From contig NC_009483.1 of NCBI RefSeq assembly GCF_000016745.1, forward strand, positions 2,760,001-2,792,000: a DNA stretch of 32,000 nt, given 5' to 3'. The stretch is from Geotalea uraniireducens Rf4 (GTDB lineage: Bacteria > Desulfobacterota > Desulfuromonadia > Geobacterales > Geobacteraceae). A model generated the notes under the pieces. That model ran no database searches. It saw nothing but the letters and a program-made list of their open reading frames with translations, and was not told where the DNA came from. Shown here one piece after another: positions 1 through 10,271 of the stretch; position 1 is the stretch's first letter; every line of letters starts with the position of its first letter. Position numbers and translations under genes: made by a program.

Positions 1-666
1 TGCCCCCAGAGCCAGATGGAATTTGCCGGAACCTCGCCGTTCGCCAGGCGCCGTTTGTATTGCGGATGGTTGAAAAAAATCAGCTGCGAAGAATTCATCA
101 GGTTGATGAGGCGATCGGCGCCCTCCCCTGCAGGAAGAAAATCGATGATATTTTTGCCGGTAATGTCGTGTGGCGGCGTGGCGGTTATTTTATCCTTACC
201 GTTGCGCCAGACCATGAGGTGGCGGTATCCTACCCCAGGATAAAAATGGAACTCGTCATCGCCCAGATGTTTTTGCAGTTCCTCGATCAGTTCCCGCCCA
301 TCCATGCTGGAAATATGACCAGCCGAATAATCCTGCATGTAAAGCTTGCCGGCATGGGGATGCAAATTAACGAGATTGACGCGGAAAGCCACATCATTTA
401 TTCCCAGCTCCACCCCCATGCTGGCGGCTTCGAGCGGTGACCGGCCTGTATAGCAGCTGACCGGATCGTAGCCGAACACCGAAAGGTTGGCAACATCGCT
501 CCCGGGGGGAAGCCCCTTGGGAACGGTCCTGGCAAGACCTAATTTTCCCCGTTTTGCCATAAAATCCATGTTGGGGGTATTTGCCGCCTGGAGCGGAGTC
601 TTACCTCCGAGCTCCTCAATTTTTTCATCGGACATGCCGTCGCCGAGCAAAACAATGTACTTCATG
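1..666 (-). CDS. apgM: cofactor-independent (archaeal-type, ApgM-like) phosphoglycerate mutase, N-terminal part; the gene runs off the left edge
   Basis: Absent from the ORF track because no stop lies in the window. Reverse translation from the ATG at 666-664 gives MKYIVLLGDGMSDEKIEELGGKTPLQAANTPNMDFMAKRGKLGLARTVPKGLPPGSDVANLSVFGYDP..., open in frame to position 1. This is a typical ApgM/metalloenzyme-superfamily N-terminus. Confidence 0.75.
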
Positions 667-738
667 CAACAATCCTTTCGCACAAAAATAAATAAAATAT
701 ATCCTGAATCAACAGACGGGATCAAGCCTTAAACGTCT

Positions 739-1626
739 CTATCCCCGGGGGTGAAACTCCTGGTGGAGTTTCTTTAAACGTTCGCGAGTCACATGGGTGT
801 ATATCTGGGTAGATGACAAGTCCGCATGACCAAGCATGATTTGTACGCTACGGAGATCCGCCCCGTTTTCCAGCAGATGGGTAGCAAAAGAGTGTCTGAG
901 GGTATGCGGTGAAATGTTTTTTCTGATTCCGGCCGCACCAGACCGTTTCTTGATGATATTCCAGAACGCCTGGCGACTCATTTTACCCCCCAGCCTGCTC
1001 AAGAACAGATACTCGTTGTCGCCTTTCCTGTCAAGCAATATGCGTATGCCGGCAAGATACTCGCCTATGGCCGTTCTTGCCGATTCCCCCATGGGTACGA
1101 GACGTTCCTTTTCCCCCTTCCCCATGGTCAGCAAATAACCGGCGTCGATATTCACATCCCGCAACTTGAGCGACACCAATTCCGAAACCCGCAGCCCTGT
1201 GGCATAAAGGACTTCGAGCATGGCGCGGTCACGCACCTCGAACGTCCCATCGCCTTTTGCAGTCGCCAGCAGGCTTTCAACCTCGCGTCCCGAGAGCACC
1301 TCAGGCAACCGGTTGACAGTCTTCGGCGTTTCTATGATGGCTGTAGGGTTGCTGACGGAATAGTTTTCAACCAAAAGGAAACGGTGAAACATCCTTATGG
1401 CGGAAAGAGCCCTGGCACGACTCCGCGGTGCAAGACCGGAATCTTTAAGCCGCGTCACGTGCTCAACCACATCCAACGCAGTAACGTTTTCCGGGTTCGT
1501 GCGCTTTCGTTCCGCGAGAAAATCCAGATACACACTCAAGTCACGACTATAAGCTTCAAGGGTATTTTTAGTCAAACCCTTCTCTACAAGAAGATAATTC
1601 AAAAACAGGTCAAGGTACTCGTTCAT
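739..1626 (-). CDS. xerD: site-specific tyrosine recombinase XerD
   Basis: 295-aa ORF with an N-terminal SAM-like domain (MNEYLDLFLNYLLVEKGLTKNTLEAYSRDL) and a C-terminal catalytic region (HTLRHSFATHLLENGADLRSVQIMLGHADLSSTQIYTHV). It overlaps the glnD stop by 4 nt. Confidence 0.9.
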   Translation of the reverse strand: MNEYLDLFLNYLLVEKGLTKNTLEAYSRDLSVYLDFLAERKRTNPENVTALDVVEHVTRLKDSGLAPRSRARALSAIRMFHRFLLVENYSVSNPTAIIETPKTVNRLPEVLSGREVESLLATAKGDGTFEVRDRAMLEVLYATGLRVSELVSLKLRDVNIDAGYLLTMGKGEKERLVPMGESARTAIGEYLAGIRILLDRKGDNEYLFLSRLGGKMSRQAFWNIIKKRSGAAGIRKNISPHTLRHSFATHLLENGADLRSVQIMLGHADLSSTQIYTHVTRERLKKLHQEFHPRG

Positions 1627-4319
1627 ATTTCTTCATCAATGGCCTTGAGCAGGTGGATCCTTATTTCTTCAAGTTTATCACCACCAAGCAGCTTATGGCC
1701 GAAAATATCCTTGACGTAAAAGACGTCCGCTACCTGATCGACCTTTGTTGAAACCTTCGACACGCCGATATACAGCCCAAGCTCGGTGAGGGTGCTGGTT
1801 ATCCGGTAGAGGAGCCCGACCTTGTCGTGGGTATAGATGTCAATGACCGTGTAATCCGCTGAAACCTCGTTGTCGATTTCAACCCGCGTGGGAAACTTCG
1901 GTTTCGGCTTTTCAGTCAGGATGGTCGGACGGTAACGCTTCTTTACCAGGGTGCCGACCCGGACCTTACCCTGCAGGACCTGGCGCATATCGTCCTCAAG
2001 CCTTTGCCAGCGGCTTTCATCTGTAATGACGAACCCCTGCGGAGAGTTGACCTGAAGCACGTCCAGCGCCTTGCCGTTCCTGCTGGTAAGGATTTGCGCG
2101 CCGAGAATATTCATCCCGTTGGCAGCCATGACCCCTGTTATCATGGAAAAGAGGCCGGGTACGTCAAGGGTGCAGATGGTAAAGTTGGAATAACCTTTAT
2201 CCACCTCATGAACGACCTTCATAACCAGGTTCTTGCCATCCAGCAGGAGCAGCGTCTTGATATGGTCCGCTATGACGGCCGGAGAATTGGAAAGCAGGTG
2301 CCGCGTCGTCAACGCCTTCAGCTCCTCTTTCACAAGTGTCGTGGGATAATCATCACCCAGTATCTCCAGTACCTGCCGCTTTACCTTCTTTACCCGCTCG
2401 CTGCTGGCTTCAAACTTGAAGTCGCCGCGCTCCAGCACCTTGAACGCCTTTTCGTAAAGCTCCTGAAGAAGCAAGGCCTTCCACTCCGTCCAAACTTCCG
2501 GCCCAACCCCCTTTATGTCCGCATAGGTCAGCAGGTAGAGCATTTTCAGGTTTTCGCTCTTGCCCATCTGTCGGGCAAACTGGATGATCATCTTCTCGTC
2601 GTGTAGGTCGCGACGTTGGGCAATGTGGGCAAATAGCAGGTGATTCCTGATAAGGAATTCGAGACGTTCGCTGTCCTCCCTGGTAAGCCCCATGCGACGG
2701 GCAACGGTACGCGCCATATCGGCACCCTTGTCCGCGTGCCCCCCTCCTTCGCCTTTCCCCACATCGTGAAGCAGCACGGCCAGGAGGAGCAGCTCGCGCT
2801 TGTCCACTTCACAGGCAAGCTGGGTCAAGAGCGGCAGGTCTTCACTGTGCTCTCCTTTCCAGAGCCGGACAGTCTCCTCCACGGCGAACAGCGAATGGAT
2901 GTCGACGGTATATATGTGGTATATGTCGTGCTGTACCTTGCAGTAGATCCGCTCGAACTCGGGAATGAACCGATTGAGAAATTCCAGGTGATGCATGAGC
3001 TTCAAGGTTTCCGCAACACCTTTATCAGAACGGAGAATGGCAAAAAAGGAGCTGTTGACCTCCTTGCTGCGGCGGAATTTGTCGTTGATCAGGTCGAGAC
3101 TTCCACGTACCAGGGCCTTGACATTGATGTTCAAAGATACGCCATGCTTCTGGGCGTATTCGAATATCTTCATCAGCTTCGTCGGGTCTTTGGCGATGAT
3201 CGACTCGTCGGGGATCACCAGCTCCCCTTTGAGTACATAAAACCCCTCCCCCACCGGCCGCCTGGTAAAATAACCAAGGATCTTCAGCGCACCCTCTTCA
3301 CGCCTGGCACATTTCGAGACCATCAGAGAGGAAAAATGCTCCACCCTCGTGGCATGCAGATAAAAGTCCCGCATGAATTCCTCAACAGCAAGGACCTTTC
3401 CCCGGTCCGTATAGCCGAAGAATCCGGCGAGATTGGTCTGCATGTCGAAGGTCAGCTGATCGGCCTTTCGGACAGCAGAGTAGTGCATTTCATTCCGTAT
3501 CCGCCAGAGATACGCAAGCGAACTATAATAAGCGGCCAGTTCATCCTCAGAAAGCACCCCTTTTACTATCAGTTCACGGGGATCGGTTATCTTGTATTTG
3601 ATCTTGGCGACCCACATGGCTGTATGGAGGTCCCGCAGGCAACCTTCACCCTCCTTGATGTTCGGCTCCAGAATGTAGATGCTTGAGCCGTATTTATCCC
3701 GCCGTTTATTCAATTCATCAAGTTTTTCCTTGATAAACGCATCACTCCTCTTGGCAAGGATCTGGGTCAGCATCACCTTCTGAAAATCCTTGAACAGCGT
3801 TCTGCTGCCGACCAGAAAACGTGCGTCAAGGAGAGCGGTTTTAACGGTCGTATCCGAGTTCGACATTTCCACGCAGTCGTTGCTGGTTCGAACCGAATAC
3901 CCGACATCCAGGCGCATGTCCCAAAGAAAGTAGAGAAGTTTCTGGGCGATGTCCTCTATCCGCTTCGAATCCTTGCCGCCATGGAGAAACATGAGATCGA
4001 TGTCGGAATATGGGTTGAGCTCGCCGCGTCCATAGCCGCCGACAGAAACGAGAGTCAGCTGTTCCCTGGCATGCTTGTAATTGCTGAACCCCCTGGTGAT
4101 GCTTTGGAAGAGTTTTTTGATCAGGGTATCCGACATGACCGTAATCGCTTTGACGACCCAGTCTCCGCCAGCCCCGGCGCGATGTTTCTCTTTGATCTCT
4201 TCCCGGTAATGTTCGAGAAACTGCTTGCTTGCCGCTAATAAAAGAGGGCGTGTCTCTTCAAACGAAGCGTGCTCCGTCCTGGATATTGCCGGGAAATATT
4301 GATCGATGTCGAATTCCAT
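1623..4319 (-). CDS. glnD: [protein-PII] uridylyltransferase/uridylyl-removing enzyme GlnD
   Basis: 898 aa with a nucleotidyltransferase motif (GGYGRGELNPYSDIDLMFLH), an HD domain (LLHDVGKG) and two C-terminal ACT-like domains. Confidence 0.9.
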   Translation of the reverse strand: MEFDIDQYFPAISRTEHASFEETRPLLLAASKQFLEHYREEIKEKHRAGAGGDWVVKAITVMSDTLIKKLFQSITRGFSNYKHAREQLTLVSVGGYGRGELNPYSDIDLMFLHGGKDSKRIEDIAQKLLYFLWDMRLDVGYSVRTSNDCVEMSNSDTTVKTALLDARFLVGSRTLFKDFQKVMLTQILAKRSDAFIKEKLDELNKRRDKYGSSIYILEPNIKEGEGCLRDLHTAMWVAKIKYKITDPRELIVKGVLSEDELAAYYSSLAYLWRIRNEMHYSAVRKADQLTFDMQTNLAGFFGYTDRGKVLAVEEFMRDFYLHATRVEHFSSLMVSKCARREEGALKILGYFTRRPVGEGFYVLKGELVIPDESIIAKDPTKLMKIFEYAQKHGVSLNINVKALVRGSLDLINDKFRRSKEVNSSFFAILRSDKGVAETLKLMHHLEFLNRFIPEFERIYCKVQHDIYHIYTVDIHSLFAVEETVRLWKGEHSEDLPLLTQLACEVDKRELLLLAVLLHDVGKGEGGGHADKGADMARTVARRMGLTREDSERLEFLIRNHLLFAHIAQRRDLHDEKMIIQFARQMGKSENLKMLYLLTYADIKGVGPEVWTEWKALLLQELYEKAFKVLERGDFKFEASSERVKKVKRQVLEILGDDYPTTLVKEELKALTTRHLLSNSPAVIADHIKTLLLLDGKNLVMKVVHEVDKGYSNFTICTLDVPGLFSMITGVMAANGMNILGAQILTSRNGKALDVLQVNSPQGFVITDESRWQRLEDDMRQVLQGKVRVGTLVKKRYRPTILTEKPKPKFPTRVEIDNEVSADYTVIDIYTHDKVGLLYRITSTLTELGLYIGVSKVSTKVDQVADVFYVKDIFGHKLLGGDKLEEIRIHLLKAIDEEI

Positions 4320-4332
4320 GGAACCTCTATAG

Positions 4333-4404
4333 ACGTGCTGCGTGCTGCGTGCTACGTACTGCGTGCGACTTTAAAAGTTCGCAGCACGCAGCCACGCATC
4401 ACGT
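4333..4404. repeat. heptanucleotide tandem repeat forming a long imperfect hairpin, intergenic between the amidase and glnD
   Basis: acGTGCTGC GTGCTGC GTGCTAC GTACTGC GTGCGAc is followed by a tttaaaagt loop, then the complementary tcGCAGCAC GCAGCCA CGCATCAcg. Confidence 0.5.
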
Positions 4405-4406
4405 TA

Positions 4407-5792
4407 TCACTTGAGACCGGCGATATACGCCTTGATGCCGGCCAGTATGCCATCAGCGGTAATGTCCTGATAACGTGGATCCTTGAGCCGGCCTTCTTCG
4501 CGCTCATTACTTAAAAAAGCCGTTTCCACGAGGATGCTCGGCATGGTAGCCCCTACCAGGACATAAAACGGCCCCTGTTTTACCCCAAGGTTTTTAACAG
4601 AATATTGACCATTCACCTTGCTGGAAACGGCTTTCTGCACCTCTTCGGCAAGATGTGCGGAATCGTTCAGCTTGTAGTTCGCCATGAGATCAAAGAGCAC
4701 TGCCTGCAAGAGACTCACCTTTTCCAGGGATGTGCCATTTTCTTTGGCAGCAAGCTGGGCCGCTTTTTCGGTCTTGGCCAGGTTCAGATAGTACGTCTCG
4801 ATGCCGTTTGCGCTGCGATTGAGGGAAGCGTTGGCATGAACCGATACAAAGAGATCGGCGCCGACCTTGTTGGCAATAGCAGTCCGCTCCTGCAGCTCAA
4901 TAAATTCATCGGTAGATCTGGTTAATACAGCATCGATCCCCAGCTCTTCCTTCAGTTTGTGTGCCAGTTTGAGACCAATCTGAAGAACAACGTCCTTTTC
5001 CTTGGTTCCGCCGGCTCCAATCGCCCCCGGATCATGCCCGCCGTGCCCGGGATCGACGACAATCCGCCGTATCTTACCCGGCTTTACTTTCGCTTTCGCC
5101 TGAATTTTCTCCGCCACCGCTTCAATCCTGGCAGTCTCGACCAGCGGGGGGGACTCCTTGATACTTTCTTTAACGGCGGAGATCTCCGGCTTACGATCTC
5201 CTTTGACATCCACCATGATGCGGAAAGGATCGGAGAAGGTGAATACATTGTAGTCCTTGATGCTGTCCAGATCGAGCACAACCCGTACGACATCCGGCCG
5301 GTACTGGGCAATGCGCGCCGTCTTCAACAGACCATCGCCAATGGCCAGGTCTTTTACTCCCGGCCCTATCCTGGCGCCGTTGATATCCAGGTAGAGACGG
5401 GGAGGAACCGACGGCTCATTTTTGGGGGGCAGTTTATGATATTCGAATCCGGCCTCCCGGTCGAGGGTGACGGCAAGGCGGGAGTAGTCGGGATTGGACC
5501 AATGGCGCATCTCCTTGACTATTGCCCTGGATGCGGGCTCAACAGCCATGGCGGTTGCGGTTTTATGCGTAACGGTTGAAGGCGTTCGCGTCTCGGATCG
5601 GGTCTGCTTTTTCGCCGTTTGTTTCTTCTTCTCCTTTGGCTTTGCAGTGCCGGTTTTTTGTTTCTTTTTGGCGGCCCGCTCCCGCTTTTTCCCCTCCGTC
5701 TCTTGCTGCTCTCCCCATGCGATCTGCGAGCAAAACGCGGTGACGAGGATAATCCAGATTAAAACAACTAATTTTCGTCGCATCGGCGTCAA
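4407..5792 (-). CDS. N-acetylmuramoyl-L-alanine amidase (AMIN domain plus Amidase_3 domain)
   Basis: 461 aa with a signal/anchor sequence, a Lys-rich linker, an AMIN-like region and a catalytic region ([15 protein letters not shown] ... SVHANA). Its start overlaps the mutS stop by 4 nt. Confidence 0.85.
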   Translation of the reverse strand: MTPMRRKLVVLIWIILVTAFCSQIAWGEQQETEGKKRERAAKKKQKTGTAKPKEKKKQTAKKQTRSETRTPSTVTHKTATAMAVEPASRAIVKEMRHWSNPDYSRLAVTLDREAGFEYHKLPPKNEPSVPPRLYLDINGARIGPGVKDLAIGDGLLKTARIAQYRPDVVRVVLDLDSIKDYNVFTFSDPFRIMVDVKGDRKPEISAVKESIKESPPLVETARIEAVAEKIQAKAKVKPGKIRRIVVDPGHGGHDPGAIGAGGTKEKDVVLQIGLKLAHKLKEELGIDAVLTRSTDEFIELQERTAIANKVGADLFVSVHANASLNRSANGIETYYLNLAKTEKAAQLAAKENGTSLEKVSLLQAVLFDLMANYKLNDSAHLAEEVQKAVSSKVNGQYSVKNLGVKQGPFYVLVGATMPSILVETAFLSNEREEGRLKDPRYQDITADGILAGIKAYIAGLK

Positions 5793-8407
5793 ACCATCCT
5801 TTTTAATTCATCCAGCAGATTCAGGGCTTCCAGCGGGGTAAGCGTAGTCACATCCATACCTTTCAACCTTTTTCGCAGCATATCTTCTCCGCTGTCAAAC
5901 AACGACAACTGCGAAGCGGGTGCCGAACCAGCGCTCTTTTTGCCGCGGGCGATGCGGGGAATGCCCTCTTCAGCGAACTCCCCCTTTTCGAGATTCTGTA
6001 AAATCTCCTTTGCCCGCTCGATGACTTCAAGGGGAAGACCTGCCAGCCGTGCCACCTGAATGCCGTAAGAATGGGATGCGCCACCGGACACTATCTTGCG
6101 GAGAAAAATGATCTGCTCGTTCCATTCCTTTACTGCGATGTTGAAATTTTTGATCCGCTTGCGCGTCACCGCAAGTTCGGTCAATTCATGGTAATGGGTG
6201 GCGAAGAGGGTTTTGGCGGCATGTTTGTCGTTATCATGAAGAAATTCGGCAACTGCCCAGGCAATGGAAACACCGTCAAATGTGGAGGTGCCGCGGCCGA
6301 TCTCGTCGAGGATCACGAGGCTTTTGGGCGTTGCATGACGCAGAATGTTGGCGCTTTCCATCATCTCCACCATGAAGGTGGACTGCCCGCGTGCAAGGTT
6401 ATCGGAGGCGCCAACCCGGGTGAATATGCGGTCCACCAGGCTGATATGGGCCTCTGTTGCCGGGACGAAACTCCCCATCTGCGCCATAAGGGTGATCAAC
6501 GCCACCTGACGCATAAATGTCGACTTGCCGGCCATGTTCGGTCCGGTTATGATGATGAGCTGGTTCTCCCCGTTATCAAGCAAGGTGTCGTTGGGAACGA
6601 ATCGTTCCCCCTGGTGCATCGCCTCGATGACCGGATGCCTCCCCTCACTGATGAAGAGGGTAGTACCGTCATCGACTAGCGGTCGGCAGTAATTGCGCTC
6701 ATGGGCCAGTTCAGCCAGAGAAGCAAGCACGTCCAGTGTCGCCAGACAATCGGCGGTACGGGCGACGATTTCGCCATGGCCGGTGACCGTCTCGCGGATT
6801 TCCTGAAAAAGAGAAAATTCCAGTTCCCTGATACGATCTTCCGCACCGAGGACCTTGTCTTCGTATTCTTTCAGCTCCGGGGTGATATAGCGCTCGGCAT
6901 TGGCCAGGGTCTGCTTGCGTATGTAATCGGCAGGGATTGAAGTCAGGTTCGTCTTGGTCACTTCGATGTAATAACCGAAGACCTTGTTATAACGGATTTT
7001 CAGGGAGTTTATACCGGTACGCCCTTTTTCCTGCGCCTCCAGACGGGCGATGAACCCCTTCCCTTCACGGCTGATGGCCCGCAGTTCATCCAGTTCCGCG
7101 TTGTAACCGTCGGCGATGATCCCGCCATCCCTCAGGACGAACGGCGGGTTCTCGACGATACCGCCTGCAATGAGCCCCACCAGATCCGGCAACGGGTTGA
7201 GCCCCTCGTTCAGTCTGCGCAGGAGAACAGACGAAGAAGAAGCCAACAGCTCCTTAATGCCGGGAATCCTCGCCAGCGACTCTTTCATTGCAACCAGATC
7301 CTTGGCGCCGGCACTGGCAAGACTGATCCTGCCGTTCAACCGTTCCAGGTCATAGACGCCGTTCAACAGGAAAACAAGTGCTGTGCGGCGGGAAGGATCT
7401 TGTACAAACTCCTCGATCGCATCCTGACGTTCCGTTATACTCTGAATGGTTACCAGTGGATAGTTAATCCACTGCTTCATCTTGCGTCCACCCATGGCAG
7501 TGGTGGTACGATCCATGAGACCGAGCAGCGACCCCTTACGCTTCCCCTCCGCAAGGGTAGCGGTCAGCTCCAGGTTTCTCCTCGTCGACTCGTCCAGAAC
7601 CAGATACTCCCTGTTCGTATAAGGAATGATCGAATTGACGTGCCCGGCCCGGCCCTTCTGGGTCTCCTGGAGATAGTGAAGAACCGCGCAGATCGCATAT
7701 AATCCGGTGTTTAAACCATCGCATCCAAGGGCAGAGGGTGAGGCGCCGCCGAAATGGCTGCCTATCAGCCGCTTGCAGTAATCGAGGTCATAAACCCAGT
7801 CGTCGACAAAGGTCGTGGCAAGCCCGGCTGTGACCGGCATCAACTCCTTCATGCGCCCGTTTTCACGAAAAACAGCCGGCAGGATGATTTCCCGCGGCTT
7901 CACGCACGCCACCTCGGCAACGGCCGCATCAAAACCATCCAATTCGGTAACCCTGAACTCGCCGGTGGAAAGGTCCAGGTAGGAGAGCCCCCAGGTCGTG
8001 GCGTCGTCACAGTAGAGGGAGAGGAGGTAGTTGTTCTCCTTCGGCGACAGGTTCGAGCTGTCGACAACCAGGCCGGGGGTGATCACCTTCACCACTTCAC
8101 GCCTGACAATCCCTTTGACGCTCTTGGGATCTTCAACCTGCTCGCAGATCGCGACCTTTTCGCCGGCTTCAATCAGTTTCGCAATATAGGGGGTAGCGGA
8201 ATGATAAGGTATGCCGCAGAGCGGGACATCTGCGCCATCGGAGTTTTTATTGCGGGAAGTAAGGGTGATGTCAAGGATACGCGAAGCTTTTACCGCATCA
8301 TCGAGAAACATCTCGTAGAAGTCGCCAAGGCGGAAAAAGAGAATTGCATCGGGATAGCCGGCTTTTATCTCCAGGTACTGACGCATCATTGGTGTGAGTT
8401 GAGACAT
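5789..8407 (-). CDS. mutS: DNA mismatch repair protein MutS
   Basis: 872 aa with N-terminus [34 protein letters not shown] and Walker A motif GPNMAGKST. Confidence 0.95.
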   Translation of the reverse strand: MSQLTPMMRQYLEIKAGYPDAILFFRLGDFYEMFLDDAVKASRILDITLTSRNKNSDGADVPLCGIPYHSATPYIAKLIEAGEKVAICEQVEDPKSVKGIVRREVVKVITPGLVVDSSNLSPKENNYLLSLYCDDATTWGLSYLDLSTGEFRVTELDGFDAAVAEVACVKPREIILPAVFRENGRMKELMPVTAGLATTFVDDWVYDLDYCKRLIGSHFGGASPSALGCDGLNTGLYAICAVLHYLQETQKGRAGHVNSIIPYTNREYLVLDESTRRNLELTATLAEGKRKGSLLGLMDRTTTAMGGRKMKQWINYPLVTIQSITERQDAIEEFVQDPSRRTALVFLLNGVYDLERLNGRISLASAGAKDLVAMKESLARIPGIKELLASSSSVLLRRLNEGLNPLPDLVGLIAGGIVENPPFVLRDGGIIADGYNAELDELRAISREGKGFIARLEAQEKGRTGINSLKIRYNKVFGYYIEVTKTNLTSIPADYIRKQTLANAERYITPELKEYEDKVLGAEDRIRELEFSLFQEIRETVTGHGEIVARTADCLATLDVLASLAELAHERNYCRPLVDDGTTLFISEGRHPVIEAMHQGERFVPNDTLLDNGENQLIIITGPNMAGKSTFMRQVALITLMAQMGSFVPATEAHISLVDRIFTRVGASDNLARGQSTFMVEMMESANILRHATPKSLVILDEIGRGTSTFDGVSIAWAVAEFLHDNDKHAAKTLFATHYHELTELAVTRKRIKNFNIAVKEWNEQIIFLRKIVSGGASHSYGIQVARLAGLPLEVIERAKEILQNLEKGEFAEEGIPRIARGKKSAGSAPASQLSLFDSGEDMLRKRLKGMDVTTLTPLEALNLLDELKRMV

Positions 8408-8477
8408 GGAAACCCTTTGCTGCGTGTTTTACGGCCGTTCATCCTAACAAAATCAGGGGGCCTTGTAAAATGAAAAC

Positions 8478-8506
8478 AAAAAAGGCTGACCCGGCTGGAT
8501 CAGCTT
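8478..8506 (-). terminator. putative rho-independent terminator after the response-regulator gene
   Basis: The minus strand reads GCTGAtccagccgggTCAGCC followed by TTTTTTG. The stem is short, so confidence is modest. Confidence 0.45.
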
Positions 8507-8538
8507 ATTACTTTTGAAGACGTTTTACAGATGAACAG

Positions 8539-10071
8539 TCAGGAATTGCGCAGGTTGAATTGCTTGATTTTGCGATACAGGGTGTTCCTGCCGATACCCA
8601 GGACTTTCGCCGTCTCAGTGATATTCCACCGGCAATGTTCCAGCGCTTTTTTGATGGTTTCCTCTTCCGTATCCTTGAGGCCTCGCTGGGCGGGAGGCAC
8701 GAGGCCTTTTGCGCGCATGACCGAGAGCAGGCTGGTTTCAAGGCCGTGCAGGGACTGGAGCATCTGTTTCAGTTCACCTGCACTCATTTTTCCCAGCGCA
8801 TCAGCCTTGGCATAATGCTCCAAGAAACTATCCGGGGAAAAAGGGATGTCCGGGTCCTGGTTGTCCCGGAGCGGTGACGACAGGGTTTTGGCAGAGTCGG
8901 CAGGGGTGTTCAGGAGTGTGCTCCCCAGGTGGTTGGGCATAATCGTATCGCCATTGCACATAACCACCGCACGTCTCATGACGTTGGCAAGCTCGCGAAT
9001 ATTGCCCGGCCAGCCGTAATCCCGCAAGAGGCGCAGGGCTCCCTGGGAAAGCCGCAAATCGGGATTGAGCAGTCGGACAAAGTGCTCCGCCAGCATTGGG
9101 ATGTCATCGGCGCGGGAGCGCAAGGGCGGGATTTCAAGCCGGACCACGTTAAGCCGATAGTAGAGATCCTCGCGGAAAGTTTTTTCGCGGATTGCTTCTT
9201 CCAGGTCGACGTTGGTTGCGGCGATCACCCTCACATCGGTTTTGATCGGCTTTTCACCGCCGACCCGCATGAATTCTCCAGTTTCGAGCACCCGCAGCAG
9301 CTTGACCTGGATCTGAGGGCTGGCATCGCCGATTTCGTCGAGCAACAAGGTGCCGCGGTTGGCCAGCTCGAATATGCCGCGGCGGGTCTGGCTTGCACCG
9401 GTGTAGGACCCCTTTTCGTGGCCGAAGAGTTCGCTTTCCAGAAGGTTTTCCGGCAGCGCCCCGCAGTTTACCGGGATGAATGCCTGGTCGGCGCGACCTG
9501 AGGCGGCGTGGATGAAGCGGGCCAGGACTTCCTTGCCGGTGCCGGTCTTCCCCTGGATCAGAACATTGATATTCTTGTTGGCGATTTTGAAGGCCAGGGA
9601 TACCAGGCGCCGCATACTCGGCGCACTGCCGACCTGGAAACCGACTGCCTGGGCCACCTCGGACCACTCCTCCTTGTCGTGGCGCCCTTGCAGGAGGTTG
9701 AAACCGTGGGTAGCGGCCCGTTCTATCAGGGTTTCGATTTCATTGATGTCGTCGAAAGGCTTTTCCAGATATTCGTAAGCGCCCAATTGCACCGCCGTGA
9801 CCGCCGTTTTGATGGTGCTGTAGCCGGTCATGAGGATGACTTCGCAGGCGGGCTGCCGGGCCTTGATCATTTGCAGCAAGGTCAGGCCGTCGGTGTCGGG
9901 CAGCTTCAGATCAACCATGGCCACGTTGAAACTGTTTTCTTCAAGCGCCAGCATCGCCTCCGGCTCGTTTGTCGCGGTGACGACAACGTAACCTTTTCTG
10001 GACAACAAGCGGCGGAAAAACGTGCAGACATCCGCCTCGTCGTCGATGATCAAAACCTGAATCTGGGACAT
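8539..10071 (-). CDS. sigma-54-dependent response regulator (REC, AAA+ and Fis-type HTH domains)
   Basis: The REC domain starts MSQIQVLIIDDE. Walker A is GKTGTGKE, the sigma54-contact loop is GHEKGSYTGA (a GAFTGA variant), and the C-terminal HTH is ETAKVLGIGRNTLYRKIKQ. The ORF extends to 10092, but a GGAGAG RBS sits 5 nt before the ATG at 10071. Confidence 0.9.
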   Translation of the reverse strand: MSQIQVLIIDDEADVCTFFRRLLSRKGYVVVTATNEPEAMLALEENSFNVAMVDLKLPDTDGLTLLQMIKARQPACEVILMTGYSTIKTAVTAVQLGAYEYLEKPFDDINEIETLIERAATHGFNLLQGRHDKEEWSEVAQAVGFQVGSAPSMRRLVSLAFKIANKNINVLIQGKTGTGKEVLARFIHAASGRADQAFIPVNCGALPENLLESELFGHEKGSYTGASQTRRGIFELANRGTLLLDEIGDASPQIQVKLLRVLETGEFMRVGGEKPIKTDVRVIAATNVDLEEAIREKTFREDLYYRLNVVRLEIPPLRSRADDIPMLAEHFVRLLNPDLRLSQGALRLLRDYGWPGNIRELANVMRRAVVMCNGDTIMPNHLGSTLLNTPADSAKTLSSPLRDNQDPDIPFSPDSFLEHYAKADALGKMSAGELKQMLQSLHGLETSLLSVMRAKGLVPPAQRGLKDTEEETIKKALEHCRWNITETAKVLGIGRNTLYRKIKQFNLRNS

Positions 10072-10146
10072 GCACTCTCCATCGTTAGGCAAATTTCAAT
10101 GCTGTATGTAACCATTCAGCTCCTGTAAGGCCATAACTCCCCCTAA

Positions 10147-10205
10147 CCCCCTCTTAACTAAAGAGGGGGAACTAACAACACCCCTCCCCTTAAGCTAAGG
10201 GGAGG
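10147..10205. repeat. REP-like twin hairpins with C-tract/G-tract arms, in the kinase-regulator intergenic region
   Basis: CCCCCTCTT-aacta-AAGAGGGGG (10147-10169) and CCTCCCCTTA-agc-TAAGGGGAGG (10183-10205); both stems are perfect. Confidence 0.6.
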
Positions 10206-10271
10206 TTGGGAGGGGTTATGATGAACGCCAAAGTACTTGAAAAACATGATAAAACGGCTGAATAGTTTGTA

